From: Thermoplasmata archaeon
Lineage (GTDB): Archaea; Thermoplasmatota; Thermoplasmata; GCA-020350865
Direction of reading: 5' to 3'
DNA: 64,000 nucleotides
NCBI GenBank assembly: GCA_020348445.1
Contig: CP070751.1
Coordinates: forward strand, 2,753,413 to 2,817,412
The notes under the pieces were generated by a model that was not told the DNA's origin, did not search any database, and saw only the letters and a list, made by a program, of their open reading frames with translations. Positions 28,808-39,209 of this stretch are shown in pieces; the first letter of the stretch is position 1; the number at the start of each line of letters is the position of its first letter. The position numbers and the translations under genes were made by a program.

Positions 28808-29983
28808 ATGCTTCTTCGAGTCCTTGGAAAATCTCTAATTCGCAGGAAGTCAAGGATTGCAATCGCCATAGTGGCAGTGATTATGGGTGCATCCATCACA
28901 GGTGCACTTGTTACCACATCCCTTAATATCAAAGAGAAAGTTGGCTTAGAATTCAGGCAATACGGTGCCAACATTCTGCTTGTGCCGAGATCAGAGAGCA
29001 TACCAGTTTCCATAGGCGATGTGGATTACGGGTCAGTGACTGAGCAGAGGTATCTTGAGGAATCAGACCTGCCCAAGATCAAGGAGATATCCTGGGCAAA
29101 GAATGTCCTAGGATATGCGCCATACCTCTATTCAGTTGTCACAGTGGAGAATCAAAAGACAGTTTTATCTGGTGTTTGGTTCGACGAAATCAAAAGGATA
29201 AGTCCCTGGTGGGATGTGAGGGGTAGTTGGATAGATGATAGAAACGATACCAATAGTGCCATTATTGGTATAGGTGTATCGGAAATACTTGGAGTGGGTA
29301 TAGGAGATGCCTTTTCAGTTTCCTATAATGATACACAGAATGTATCTACACATGATGTGAATGTGGTGGGAATAGTCAGCACTGGAAGTTCAGAAGATAA
29401 TCAGGTGTTTGTAACTCTGCATTTGGCCCAGAGCCTAACAAACCTCCTTGGAAAGGTGAGCACAGTCCAGGTGAGCGCCCTCTGCATAGGGTGTCCTGTT
29501 GAGGTAATAGCCCAAGAAATCGAGGAAAAGATTCCCTATGCACAGGCTAAATCAGTAAAGCAGATGGTGAGGGCCGAGATGGAAATTCTTGGAAAAATCG
29601 AGGAGCTGATGCTCCTTGTTGCTGCTGTAGCGCTTTTGGCTTCTGCCCTGGGTGTGATGACCACCATGACAACCTCAGTTGTGGAGAGAACAAAAGAAAT
29701 AGGGATGATGAAGGCAATTGGCGCCGAGAATAAAAAGATCGCCAGCCTTTTTCTCTTAGAGGCTCTGGTAATTGGTTTAATAGGGGGGTTGTTCGGTTAC
29801 GTTGTTGGGCTCGGTGTAGCCCAGTTCATTGGAATGAGTGTCTTTGGCTCTTCTGTTTCACCAAGAATATCTGTTCTGCCCTTGGTTTTGGGAATCTCCA
29901 TAGCAGTGGTTGTACTTGCAAGTGCATTTCCGGTGAGAAGGGCGATTTCAATAGAGCCTGCCAAGGTTCTGAGGGGGGAGTAG
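28808..29983 (+). CDS. ABC transporter permease, FtsX/MacB family
   Basis: RRKSRIAIAIVAV, large extracytoplasmic loop with CIGCP, VVERTKEIGMMKAIGA, three C-terminal TM helices. Confidence 0.9.
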   Translation: MLLRVLGKSLIRRKSRIAIAIVAVIMGASITGALVTTSLNIKEKVGLEFRQYGANILLVPRSESIPVSIGDVDYGSVTEQRYLEESDLPKIKEISWAKNVLGYAPYLYSVVTVENQKTVLSGVWFDEIKRISPWWDVRGSWIDDRNDTNSAIIGIGVSEILGVGIGDAFSVSYNDTQNVSTHDVNVVGIVSTGSSEDNQVFVTLHLAQSLTNLLGKVSTVQVSALCIGCPVEVIAQEIEEKIPYAQAKSVKQMVRAEMEILGKIEELMLLVAAVALLASALGVMTTMTTSVVERTKEIGMMKAIGAENKKIASLFLLEALVIGLIGGLFGYVVGLGVAQFIGMSVFGSSVSPRISVLPLVLGISIAVVVLASAFPVRRAISIEPAKVLRGE

Positions 29984-29984
29984 A

Positions 29985-30656
29985 GTGTCGAGTATAATCA
30001 ACGTCCAGGATATTTTCATGGATTACAGCCCAAATACAAGGGCTTTGGACGGAGTAACACTTGATGTAAAAAAGGGGGAGTGGGCCACAATAATGGGCCC
30101 CTCTGGAGGTGGGAAGACAACCCTTTTGAACATAATCGGCTGTCTTGAAAAGCCCACCAAAGGAAGAGTGGTTGTTGAAGACACCGAGGTTACCCGCCTT
30201 CGGGAAAAGGAGCTAACAAGATTCAGAAGAGAGAACTTTGGTTTCATATTCCAGCAGTTTCACCTGGTTTCGTATCTCACCGCCCTTGAAAATGTTATGC
30301 TATCCCAGTATTTCCTTTATGGCAGAAAGTTCGATTACGATGATGCGCAAGCTGCCTTGGAGCGGGTGGGGCTTTCGCACAGGATGGATCATATCCCATC
30401 TCACATGTCTGGGGGAGAGCAGCAGAGGGTTTCAATTGCAAGGGCCCTTGTTTGCGAGCCCCAGATTCTTCTTGCAGACGAGCCAACAGGAAACCTTGAT
30501 CAAAAGACAGGCTCTGTGATATTAGAGCTTTTGAAATCCCTTCATTCCGAGGGGCATACAATAATGCTCGTCACCCACGACTTGAGTATAGGTAAAATGG
30601 GTGAAAGGATAATTCAGTTGGTAGATGGAAAGATAACTGAGGATTCATCAAATTAA
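29985..30656 (+). CDS. ABC transporter ATP-binding protein (LolD/MacB-like)
   Basis: [44 protein letters not shown]. Confidence 0.95.
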   Translation: MSSIINVQDIFMDYSPNTRALDGVTLDVKKGEWATIMGPSGGGKTTLLNIIGCLEKPTKGRVVVEDTEVTRLREKELTRFRRENFGFIFQQFHLVSYLTALENVMLSQYFLYGRKFDYDDAQAALERVGLSHRMDHIPSHMSGGEQQRVSIARALVCEPQILLADEPTGNLDQKTGSVILELLKSLHSEGHTIMLVTHDLSIGKMGERIIQLVDGKITEDSSN

Positions 30657-30681
30657 TTAATATGATTTATGAGGTGAATAA

Positions 30682-31263
30682 ATGGCAAAAAAAAGTGGAT
30701 CTAGTAAAAATAAAAAAGGTTCGAACAATAGAAAGGATCGGATGAGCAGAAAAAAGAGTGAAGAGGAGTTTAAAAAGGCAGAGACGGAAAAGAAGGTAAT
30801 AAAAGGTGCCATAGCATTTTTTATCATAGTGGTTATCATAGCCTTGGCAGTTCGAATAGCAAGCCCTCCGCCGGGTGGTGAAACCGACTATTCCTCCCCG
30901 TACGAGATAATCGGCAATGAGCTCGTTATACCGATTTCAGATGTTTCAACATCTGCTTCGTTCTACAGCTACGATTCAAATGGAAAGGATGTTAAGTTCT
31001 TTGTTGTCAGGGGATCGGACGGTGACATACATACAGCCTTTGATGCATGCGATGTTTGTTTTAAGGAAAAGAAGGGCTACTATCAGGACGGTAATAAAAT
31101 GGTATGTAGAAACTGTGGCCAAAGATTCACCACTAATGAAATCGGCACTGCAAACACAGGAACAGGGTGTTGGCCAGGTAATATCATACGTACCGTTGAC
31201 AACTCTTACGTGAGGATCAAACTAAGTGAACTTGACAGGGGTAGAGCTATATACTTTCCTTAG
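30682..31263 (+). CDS. DUF2318 domain membrane protein (predicted Fe-S/metal-binding)
   Basis: Basic N-terminus, TM helix, AFDACDVC..GYYQDGNKMVCRNCGQRF..GCWP. Confidence 0.8.
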   Translation: MAKKSGSSKNKKGSNNRKDRMSRKKSEEEFKKAETEKKVIKGAIAFFIIVVIIALAVRIASPPPGGETDYSSPYEIIGNELVIPISDVSTSASFYSYDSNGKDVKFFVVRGSDGDIHTAFDACDVCFKEKKGYYQDGNKMVCRNCGQRFTTNEIGTANTGTGCWPGNIIRTVDNSYVRIKLSELDRGRAIYFP

Positions 31264-31330
31264 AAGTTGATGCAGATAGGTATTTTTTGAAAAATGCCAG
31301 ATTAAATTCCATTCTTAATCACGTCAGGTT

Positions 31331-33169
31331 TTAGTTGTCTATGCTGACCACAGTGATTTCGAAAATAAGTGTCTCTCCATATAAAGGATAACCTGGATAA
31401 TTGTATCCCTTCTCGGGAGGGATTCTGACCACTGTTGTTTCATTTACTTTTAGACCCAAAACCGCTTCCCAGAATCCTTCTATTACTGTCATATATTCAT
31501 CTGAGGGCTCAGGATCCATGGCACCCACTTGAACTTTGAGAGGAGAATAACTTGGCCAAAGTGTAAAGAATTCGCTTTTTGGGTAATCATCATTATTTGC
31601 CACTTCAGAATAGGAGGTGTTTAGAATCGAACCATCTACCAGTGTCCCTATATAATTTACCTGAATCTTATCACCATCCATTACGACCCTGAATTCAAAA
31701 TCCTTAATAGTTGATGTGTTCAGCCATATGCAGGCAGTGGGTCCCCCGCTTGATGTGGCAGTTATCTTTACATCGAATCTTCCCTTTGAGGTGCCAGGGT
31801 GAGTGGTGATGTTTATGATTACAACCTCAGAACTATAACCATCAACAATGATGGGATTATATTCAAATGATATGATCCAGTTGCTTGGAAGGAACTCGTG
31901 CGAAAAGGAAATAGTATCCTCTCCGTTGCCTGTATTATTGACCACTATGGCATAATAGGTTGACCTCCCGGAATCAGCATCATGAGAATTATTGTAGCAT
32001 AAAAGCGCAACACCATAGCTCAATCTAAAAACTGTTAATTTAAATCCTATTATATAAGTGTCTTGAGTATTTGCTGATGCGATATTCAACATGAATATAT
32101 AGGTTTTGTTCACTGCTGTCTCAAGTGAAGGTGTAATCGAGAACCCAGTTTTATTTGATTTATCACCATCAACTGATATGGTTGTTGGCATGGATATTAT
32201 CCAATCAGAAGGCAGACCTGATATTTGGGGTGAAAAAACATCGTCCTCATTTTCGGGATTGTTTATTGTAAAATTATAAAATAATTCTTCATCTGGGTAA
32301 CCTTGCCTATGTGGTGTGTCTGTAATCAGTATCGAATGTAAAGTGGTGTTTAACCAGATCAAATCACTTTTGCCCCCTTCAGAAGTGGCAATTACTGTAA
32401 TATCGTACCTTCTTAATGGAGAATTTGAGTGAGTATTTATAGTGCATGTCACAGCCTCAGAAGACAAAGCTGGGACATTCATGGAATCAGATTCAAATGA
32501 TATGCTCCAATCACTTGGCAGTTGGCTTTGATTGTAAGTTAAGGTTATTGTATCCTCGGCATTTCCATTGTTGTTAATAACTAAACTGTAATCGAGGGAT
32601 TTCCCTTGAAATGCATCCTTGGAATTATTGGGGCAAAATAGCTCAACACCATAGGTTCTTAATACTGTCAATTTATATTCTAGGGTATATATTTGATTAA
32701 TGTTTTTTGAGGTGACTTTAAACGTAAATGAATATGTCTTATTCAAAGCAGTTGCAGAAGATGGTATAACAGAAATAAATTCTTGCTTGGATTCTTTCCC
32801 CTCAACTGTTATAGAGTCTGGCAAGATCACCACCCAATCAGAAGGCAGGCCTGACACAGAAGGTGAAAAAACATCTTGCTTTGCATTTAGGTTGTAGACC
32901 GTGAAATCAAATTCTATTGTTTCACCAGGATAGTCTGCCTTGTGGAGGTTATCTGAGGTTAACTCAGCTTCTTCTTCCTTTTCCTCAGACTCTGGACTTA
33001 AGAACATGAAATAGATCACTGATGCCAAAATCGCAGCCAAAAGTACAACGATTACAATAATAATAAAAAATAATTTTTTACGGTTTTTTGTTGGTATATC
33101 AGAAGGTTCTTCAAAATCGCCATTTTCCTGTAGGCCCTCTTCATCTATTGTATCTCCTTCTTCTTCCAT
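31331..33169 (-). CDS. Membrane-anchored protein: four NEW3/Ig-like repeats + C-terminal FKBP-type peptidyl-prolyl isomerase
   Basis: Acidic N-tail, TM helix, alternating repeats (EFDFTVYNL/YSLVINNNGN), GDKIQVNYIGTL, VIEGFWEAVLGL..IPPEKGY..LIFEITVV. Confidence 0.8.
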   Translation of the reverse strand: MEEEGDTIDEEGLQENGDFEEPSDIPTKNRKKLFFIIIVIVVLLAAILASVIYFMFLSPESEEKEEEAELTSDNLHKADYPGETIEFDFTVYNLNAKQDVFSPSVSGLPSDWVVILPDSITVEGKESKQEFISVIPSSATALNKTYSFTFKVTSKNINQIYTLEYKLTVLRTYGVELFCPNNSKDAFQGKSLDYSLVINNNGNAEDTITLTYNQSQLPSDWSISFESDSMNVPALSSEAVTCTINTHSNSPLRRYDITVIATSEGGKSDLIWLNTTLHSILITDTPHRQGYPDEELFYNFTINNPENEDDVFSPQISGLPSDWIISMPTTISVDGDKSNKTGFSITPSLETAVNKTYIFMLNIASANTQDTYIIGFKLTVFRLSYGVALLCYNNSHDADSGRSTYYAIVVNNTGNGEDTISFSHEFLPSNWIISFEYNPIIVDGYSSEVVIINITTHPGTSKGRFDVKITATSSGGPTACIWLNTSTIKDFEFRVVMDGDKIQVNYIGTLVDGSILNTSYSEVANNDDYPKSEFFTLWPSYSPLKVQVGAMDPEPSDEYMTVIEGFWEAVLGLKVNETTVVRIPPEKGYNYPGYPLYGETLIFEITVVSIDN

Positions 33170-33380
33170 TTCAATTACCTATTCGAGGTTGATATATGAA
33201 CTTTTTTTTATTGTAGGAATACATTTCAGTTTAATTTATTTTTGCCCTTAGGTTTTAGTATCGAAGAGATTAATAAAGAAGCGTCTATTAGGATAATACT
33301 CTCCTTTGGGGAGAAACATTCCAAGAATAATAAGACACACGGCTACTGCCTCACAAATTCCATGTTGATTCAATGGTTAT

Positions 33381-33503
33381 TTAGAGATCATTTTTAAAAA
33401 AACCATACTGACCCAGACATTTCTCTCCGATTATTGATAACATAGTTGTTATTGATTGATGGATTACTCCCTTAGCCACCTCAGACTCCATAAATGACAT
33501 CAT
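33381..33503 (-). CDS. Possible 40-aa ORF or gene remnant
   Basis: AGGAGG SD then MMSFMESEVAKGVIHQSITTMLSIIGEKCLGQYGFFKNDL; no recognisable motif. Confidence 0.25.
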   Translation of the reverse strand: MMSFMESEVAKGVIHQSITTMLSIIGEKCLGQYGFFKNDL

Positions 33504-33738
33504 TGATGATCTTCCTCCTTTTTAAATTGAACCTCTTTTTTTAAAAGAGAAAGATGAGCTATCCTTCTTGTTTTCCTACTTTCAGTTGATATTTGGTACT
33601 CCTTAATTATAAAATGGTTTTCCCCCTCCCATTTCATATAGTTGATGCCTTTATATGAGTCCTTTTGGCATCATATGTTACATTTGAATATTTTGGTTAG
33701 GGAGGGAAGTAGGGAGGGGGATATATTCTTCTTATTAA

Positions 33739-36723
33739 TTAGAGAAACGTTTCTCCTGGTATCTGGTCATCTGATATCGGATTTTGCGGTATACCTGGAG
33801 GTATGGTGTCTGCTTCCCATTGATGTGCTTCTTCGATGGAGACGAAGTCATCATCGACGAGATAATCAGTGGGCGCCGATACTAACCCATCGTATATGTC
33901 ATAATAGGGTGGAACGCCCCATGAACTCTCTGCTTCTTGACAGCTTAACACGACCAGCCTCATTGGGCCAGCACAATCGGGCAAGAAACCGCCAGCATGG
34001 CAAGCCATCATCTCGAAGATAAGTCTCCAGTATATAATTTGATCATACTCTATGTCCAATTCGTCGTCATACCAGAAGTACGCGGGATCCCAAATATTGC
34101 TTGGGTTACCGTAAGTACAGAATGCTTCGTCCCAATCGTCTGTAGCCTCATCGTATGGTCGTGGATCGCCTGGCGAACCATCTAACCGACTCTGACCACC
34201 ATGGTCCTTCATAGATATGAAAATCATTGTATCGGCGTCTGAGGCATCAAAGGTTTGCGTGTTTGTGGTTCCATCTGAATGTTCAAAGGTATAAGTACCA
34301 CCTGATTCCAAAGCATCAAGTGCATCTTTTACATTCTGCCATGTGGCATCTCCATCTATGTACCATTCATTTGGTTCCACAGGGAAATTTTTCGTGGTGA
34401 GGTAAATAATCCGATCTTCTAAATAACCCCTATCCAGTAGATAATTTCTCATGTCCCTGATGTCTACTTTCAAACAATCTTCCCATTGAGCCCTTACCGG
34501 AGCTATTAGCAGGGCGTATCGCTTGAAACCAAGGGTTAACACAAGATCTATGTTATGATCCAGTGTCACGGTATCTACAGCCGCATAAGTATGTTTCCAT
34601 GCATAAGCAGTATGTGGGGTGTAATAGTACTTCGTAATTTGCCCATTGAATATCTTGTACTGTGTCAATGTTATTCTAGGTGTATATCCGTTCATCGCTG
34701 TGTAATCTTCCCATACAATCGTGTCCCAACAATCCCTTATTCTCACCTTTGCTTCAGCAACATGACCTCCATCTGCGGCCATGGTCCTTACTCTCATCCA
34801 CCATTGTTGCCACACTCTTCCCCTAACATTTTCTGGTGTATATGTATTATCTGTTCCAATAGTGGCTGCGTTAACTGGGGCTTCATACTGCATCCATATC
34901 CCCCATCCATCATTAGAAATGACTTCGTTGTCCTCGATTGCTGGCGAAGAATAATAACCATAGATACCGCCGTAGTCATCCTCCCATGTGTAGCCGTTTA
35001 AGGCTATAACATTATATTCGATAGTCGGTGAGGAGTAGAGCATGTAAATGCCTACGTATCCGTTAGAGCTGATTTCGTTATTTTCGATTGATGGTGAGGA
35101 GCTATACATATAGATACCATAATAGGTATTTGATATTATGAAATTATTATCCTCTATACTTGGGGATGGAGTCCAGTATATAAGTATCCCATAGTAGCTA
35201 CTGGATATGGTATTGCCGCTAATAGAAGCTCCCGATCGGGAGCATATTATCCCATAGCTATTTGAAGATATTATATTAAATGAAATCGTTGCTGAGGAAT
35301 AATAGCAATATATTCCGTAAGTATTGTCGTATATTCTATTAGAATTGATTGTAACTGCTGACGATGAATAGTAACAAAATACACCCATATAAGTATTATC
35401 ATATATATTGTTAGTAAGAATTGTTGCTGAGGCACCATCCTTTATCTTCATACCGTGACCATAGTTAAATATTCCACGGTTATGTCTAACCCAGCTCCAC
35501 TGAATCGTTGGATTAGCTGATGATCCTTCTGCATATAAGCCTTTGCCAAAACCCCAAGGGGAAGGCCCTAAAATATAGCCGCAATATTCTAACACACAAT
35601 AGGGGAAAATGATAGGCGAGCTACCGTAACATCCAATGCCAATAGTATCGCACTCTTTAACAGTTGTCCATCTGAACGAAGATTGCTCTGAAGGATCTGT
35701 ATTCCTTAACTCGATTCCGCCTGTCTCTATTCCACCAAAGTCTTGACCCCAAACATTTCTAATGGAACTTCGTCGGAGTCCGATTAAAGGAGGCCACCAA
35801 TCGTACCAAATCCACCATTCCCTACATTCCAATATACCGTCAACCCAAAAGTAGTAGGTTTTATCTGGCGGATTGTTAAAGACAGTCGAGCCCCAAAGGC
35901 GGAATATACCGGTCTGAAATGGAGTTTTATGAACCCATATATAATATTGGCCACGATTAGAGCAACCAACATCAAAATCAACATTAATGAACCACACTAA
36001 TCCCCATATGTCAAGGCTACCTGCTCTTAGATAACTGTCTCGCAAAGTGAGGCTTGCACCCTCGTTAACCACTATGTCACCCTCAAGGATAATCGTCACA
36101 TTATCCATCTCGGTATCAGTATCTATTATCCAATCACTTGAAATTTCTATAATCGGTAGGTCGTCTCTGAAAACATTGAATGTTAGCACTTCTTCATATC
36201 CTATATCGACAGAATCCTCGAGATAATTTATCACCAGCTTTATACTATGTTCTCCGATGTCAGTAGGTGTCCAAGAAAACGTCACCTCTTTTCCATCTGA
36301 AGGGAGGATTTCGCCACAATCTATTATGGTTAAATGATTTTCTGTAGTTGTGTAGGGTCCGTCCGACAGATCGCCTCCATCGGGGACTAAATAGTGGTAC
36401 TTAATCTCGTATATTTCGACTATCATGGCACTGATCTGATTTTGTCCCCTATTATTAAATGAGAGAGATACATCTGCCAATGCATTTACAAAGAGAATCT
36501 CTGGAAACATACTTTCTGATCTGGTTTCTACTTCAGATAAATAGACACTATATTCGATCTCTGGGGGTCCGCTAGGTTCGTCCTCCATGGGTGTCGGGTA
36601 TGTGGGGGGATCTTCGGGTTCCTCTGCCCTCACATTCACATTTGCCAGGCTCACAAAGGCACTAATAAATAGCACCATACAGAGCATTAAGCTCAAAAAT
36701 CTCCTTACTATTTTTCTTCTCAT
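33739..36723 (-). CDS. Secreted protein: CARDB-like, right-handed beta-helix repeats, C-terminal clan CD (caspase/legumain-like) peptidase domain
   Basis: Signal peptide; YGIY..SSxxIxxNxIxxN repeats; RYALLI..DIRDMRNYL, KDHGG (His codon 34201-34203), MMACHAGGF (Cys codon 34000-34002). Confidence 0.78.
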   Translation of the reverse strand: MRRKIVRRFLSLMLCMVLFISAFVSLANVNVRAEEPEDPPTYPTPMEDEPSGPPEIEYSVYLSEVETRSESMFPEILFVNALADVSLSFNNRGQNQISAMIVEIYEIKYHYLVPDGGDLSDGPYTTTENHLTIIDCGEILPSDGKEVTFSWTPTDIGEHSIKLVINYLEDSVDIGYEEVLTFNVFRDDLPIIEISSDWIIDTDTEMDNVTIILEGDIVVNEGASLTLRDSYLRAGSLDIWGLVWFINVDFDVGCSNRGQYYIWVHKTPFQTGIFRLWGSTVFNNPPDKTYYFWVDGILECREWWIWYDWWPPLIGLRRSSIRNVWGQDFGGIETGGIELRNTDPSEQSSFRWTTVKECDTIGIGCYGSSPIIFPYCVLEYCGYILGPSPWGFGKGLYAEGSSANPTIQWSWVRHNRGIFNYGHGMKIKDGASATILTNNIYDNTYMGVFCYYSSSAVTINSNRIYDNTYGIYCYYSSATISFNIISSNSYGIICSRSGASISGNTISSSYYGILIYWTPSPSIEDNNFIISNTYYGIYMYSSSPSIENNEISSNGYVGIYMLYSSPTIEYNVIALNGYTWEDDYGGIYGYYSSPAIEDNEVISNDGWGIWMQYEAPVNAATIGTDNTYTPENVRGRVWQQWWMRVRTMAADGGHVAEAKVRIRDCWDTIVWEDYTAMNGYTPRITLTQYKIFNGQITKYYYTPHTAYAWKHTYAAVDTVTLDHNIDLVLTLGFKRYALLIAPVRAQWEDCLKVDIRDMRNYLLDRGYLEDRIIYLTTKNFPVEPNEWYIDGDATWQNVKDALDALESGGTYTFEHSDGTTNTQTFDASDADTMIFISMKDHGGQSRLDGSPGDPRPYDEATDDWDEAFCTYGNPSNIWDPAYFWYDDELDIEYDQIIYWRLIFEMMACHAGGFLPDCAGPMRLVVLSCQEAESSWGVPPYYDIYDGLVSAPTDYLVDDDFVSIEEAHQWEADTIPPGIPQNPISDDQIPGETFL

Positions 36724-37085
36724 TTTTTTACCTCCTATTGAATTTTCATATCTTTTTCTAAATCGTATTATAAAAGCATTTCATGATAATTTAATAAAAA
36801 TCTATTTATATCAGAACAGAAGCCAATGTATAGAAAACTTAATATATTATTATATTTGAGTTTTAGAAAACTTTTATAAATATCGATTATTATCAAAATA
36901 TGTATTCTTTATCGAAACATAGTAAATACTACATAATTCCATTAATTATCGATAAATTATCTATCCTGTCACTCCTTTTGGAAATATAAATAATTTCTTG
37001 ATAAAATACATAACCTTTTCTCAGTAATTTTATTTCTAGAAAATTAAATTTGAATAGCAAATAGTTTTTATCTCAATTTGTTTTT

Positions 37086-38813
37086 TTATACCCTTGAGAC
37101 AATATCTGCCCTTTGTTTGAAATAAGATCGTGCTCTCTTCCGTTTACTGTAAATAGAGCATGTTTTTTCTTTTAATTGAAATATCTCAGACTAAATGTAA
37201 TTTTCTAAATTGGATTCATTTATTTTTTCAAGGATATCAAGATATTCATTTGTATATCTGCAATTTAAAATAGAGTCCGAATGTTTGATGACAAGTTTAG
37301 AAGACATTTCATGATCTCCTGCTTTCAAATAATGATAAATAGATTCGATAAAATCTATCGCTTCATTTCTGTTTTCATACCATTTAGCTGCAATTAGATG
37401 ATATTCCCTTTGTTTTGAAGAGCACAGTCTATCATAGAAGAATCGTTTTACAATATTATGTTCAAAGTATCGATTGTGAGTATCCTTTTTCAAAAGCAAT
37501 TTCTCTGTAAGGGTATAAAGCTTCTCAAAATCGATATTATCATGCATATTTATACAATCCCAAGAAATGGGCAAACGATATATAGAAATTATTTGTAGGA
37601 TTTTTTTTTCATCATCGTCAAGATCTAAGCATAATTCGCCATAAATATAATCCTCAATATTTTCGTTTAATGCAATTATCCTAAGAAATTGAGGATTACC
37701 GCCAGTGAGCTTATATATATCATTAAAATTTTTATTATCATAATTCATATCTTTAAGTAACTTCTTACTACTTTCAAAATCAAGACCTTCAAGTTCCAGA
37801 TTAGCCATTAATTTCTTTATAATTTCATCCTTTTTTTCCTGAATCTGAACATTCTCCCTCGATAAGATTACAATCTTTGTTTCTGAAGAAAAGGCAAGTA
37901 TCCTTAGAATATAAAATAAGAATCCTTTTATTTCATTAGAAGACTTATGGAAATTATCAAAAAATAATATTGCATTTATTTCACTTAGATCTGTTTTTAA
38001 AATTGTTGATATTTCTGAGTAATCTAGATGTATTCGTGTTCTTAAATATTTCTCAAGGTTGTCGTGTCCCAATTTCGAAAGAAATCTAGCTAACTTTGAT
38101 AACATACCTCTTGTCGAATCTAGAGGATGAAAATTATACCAAAATAGATGCTTTATTCCACGATAACTATCCAATAATTTTACTGCTAAGGTGGTCTTTC
38201 CTATCCCAGCTATTCCATGTATATAGAGAATATTATACCGTTTTTTATCCTCTATCCAATTTTTAAGTTGAATTAACTCTTTCTCCCTACCATAAATATC
38301 CCCAACATTTGGGGCCTCAGCGGAAAAATCTATAAATTTCTTATTTTTGAAATTCTCAACATTTTTAATATCGATAACCCCATTTTTAGATATTAATTTA
38401 CATAGATTTATAATAGTGATATCAGCGCATATTTTTTCTTTCCTTAAAAAGGGGATAATATCTTTGAACTTCAACATTTTTATTTTATTATTGGATAAAA
38501 TTATTGTAATGGGAAGATTTGATAATCTTTTTTTCAATTTCTTAGTGTAATTTTTTCCTTTATATGTTAAGAGGAAGTAATTTTGATTCTTTTTCCCATT
38601 TTTTACACGACCCATATACACTTGAACAAAACCTTGACTTGCCATTTTTTTAATCAATGTTGAAATATAGCACCTATTTGTTCCCACCGATCGTGCAATA
38701 CCTTTGGAAGTTAATTCAACTGGAACTTCATACATTCGCTTATAACCCTCAGAATCTAAAAGATGAATTAGAATTCTATCTTCTATTTGAACAAGGTTAT
38801 CATGATTTGACAT
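37086..38813 (-). pseudogene. wHTH + STAND (NB-ARC-like) ATPase, apparently truncated at the start of its TPR region
   Basis: N-terminal wHTH, IYGREKEL, GIAGIGKTT, LFFDNFH, GGNP; ORF stops at TAG 37191-37193 but 34 further codons read as a degenerate TPR. Could also be a functional short protein. Confidence 0.55.
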
Positions 38814-39209
38814 CCTTGTTACACCTCCCCTCTTTATAAGATAGTTGATATAATTAAAATAGCTGTTAATAAAGTATTATCATCCATTAAAGTATTATTA
38901 CCGATATGAGAACTATTCCTGAAAAAAGAACATCTACTGTAAGTTCTTTGATGTATCAAAAGAAATTTTTCATACATCAGATGCTGAATACAAAATTTAT
39001 TTATATTACCAATTTTATCATATATATGAGATCTCCAAATTGCATTAAAATAAAAAATAAAGAAAATCAGGGGTCAGAAACACCAATATAATGAATACCT
39101 TATGCCGGGTTTAGGACTCCTATTGTTGCGAAGAAATAGGAAGAACCGTTAAGCCGAAAAATCCCAAAAATGAAAACAACAAAATAAAAACTAAAAGGAA
39201 GGTGAGATA

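Noticed and set aside
37191-37193. Pyrrolysine readthrough of the STAND amber codon
   Set aside because: Only 34 degenerate codons follow before TAA and no pyl genes are visible; nonsense decay is simpler.
39118-39140. CCTATT/AATAGG hairpin with a GCGAAG-containing loop as a relative of the tRNA hairpin units
   Set aside because: Only a 6-bp stem; lacks the GTGGYG stem, the TACATC end and any tRNA-derived sequence.
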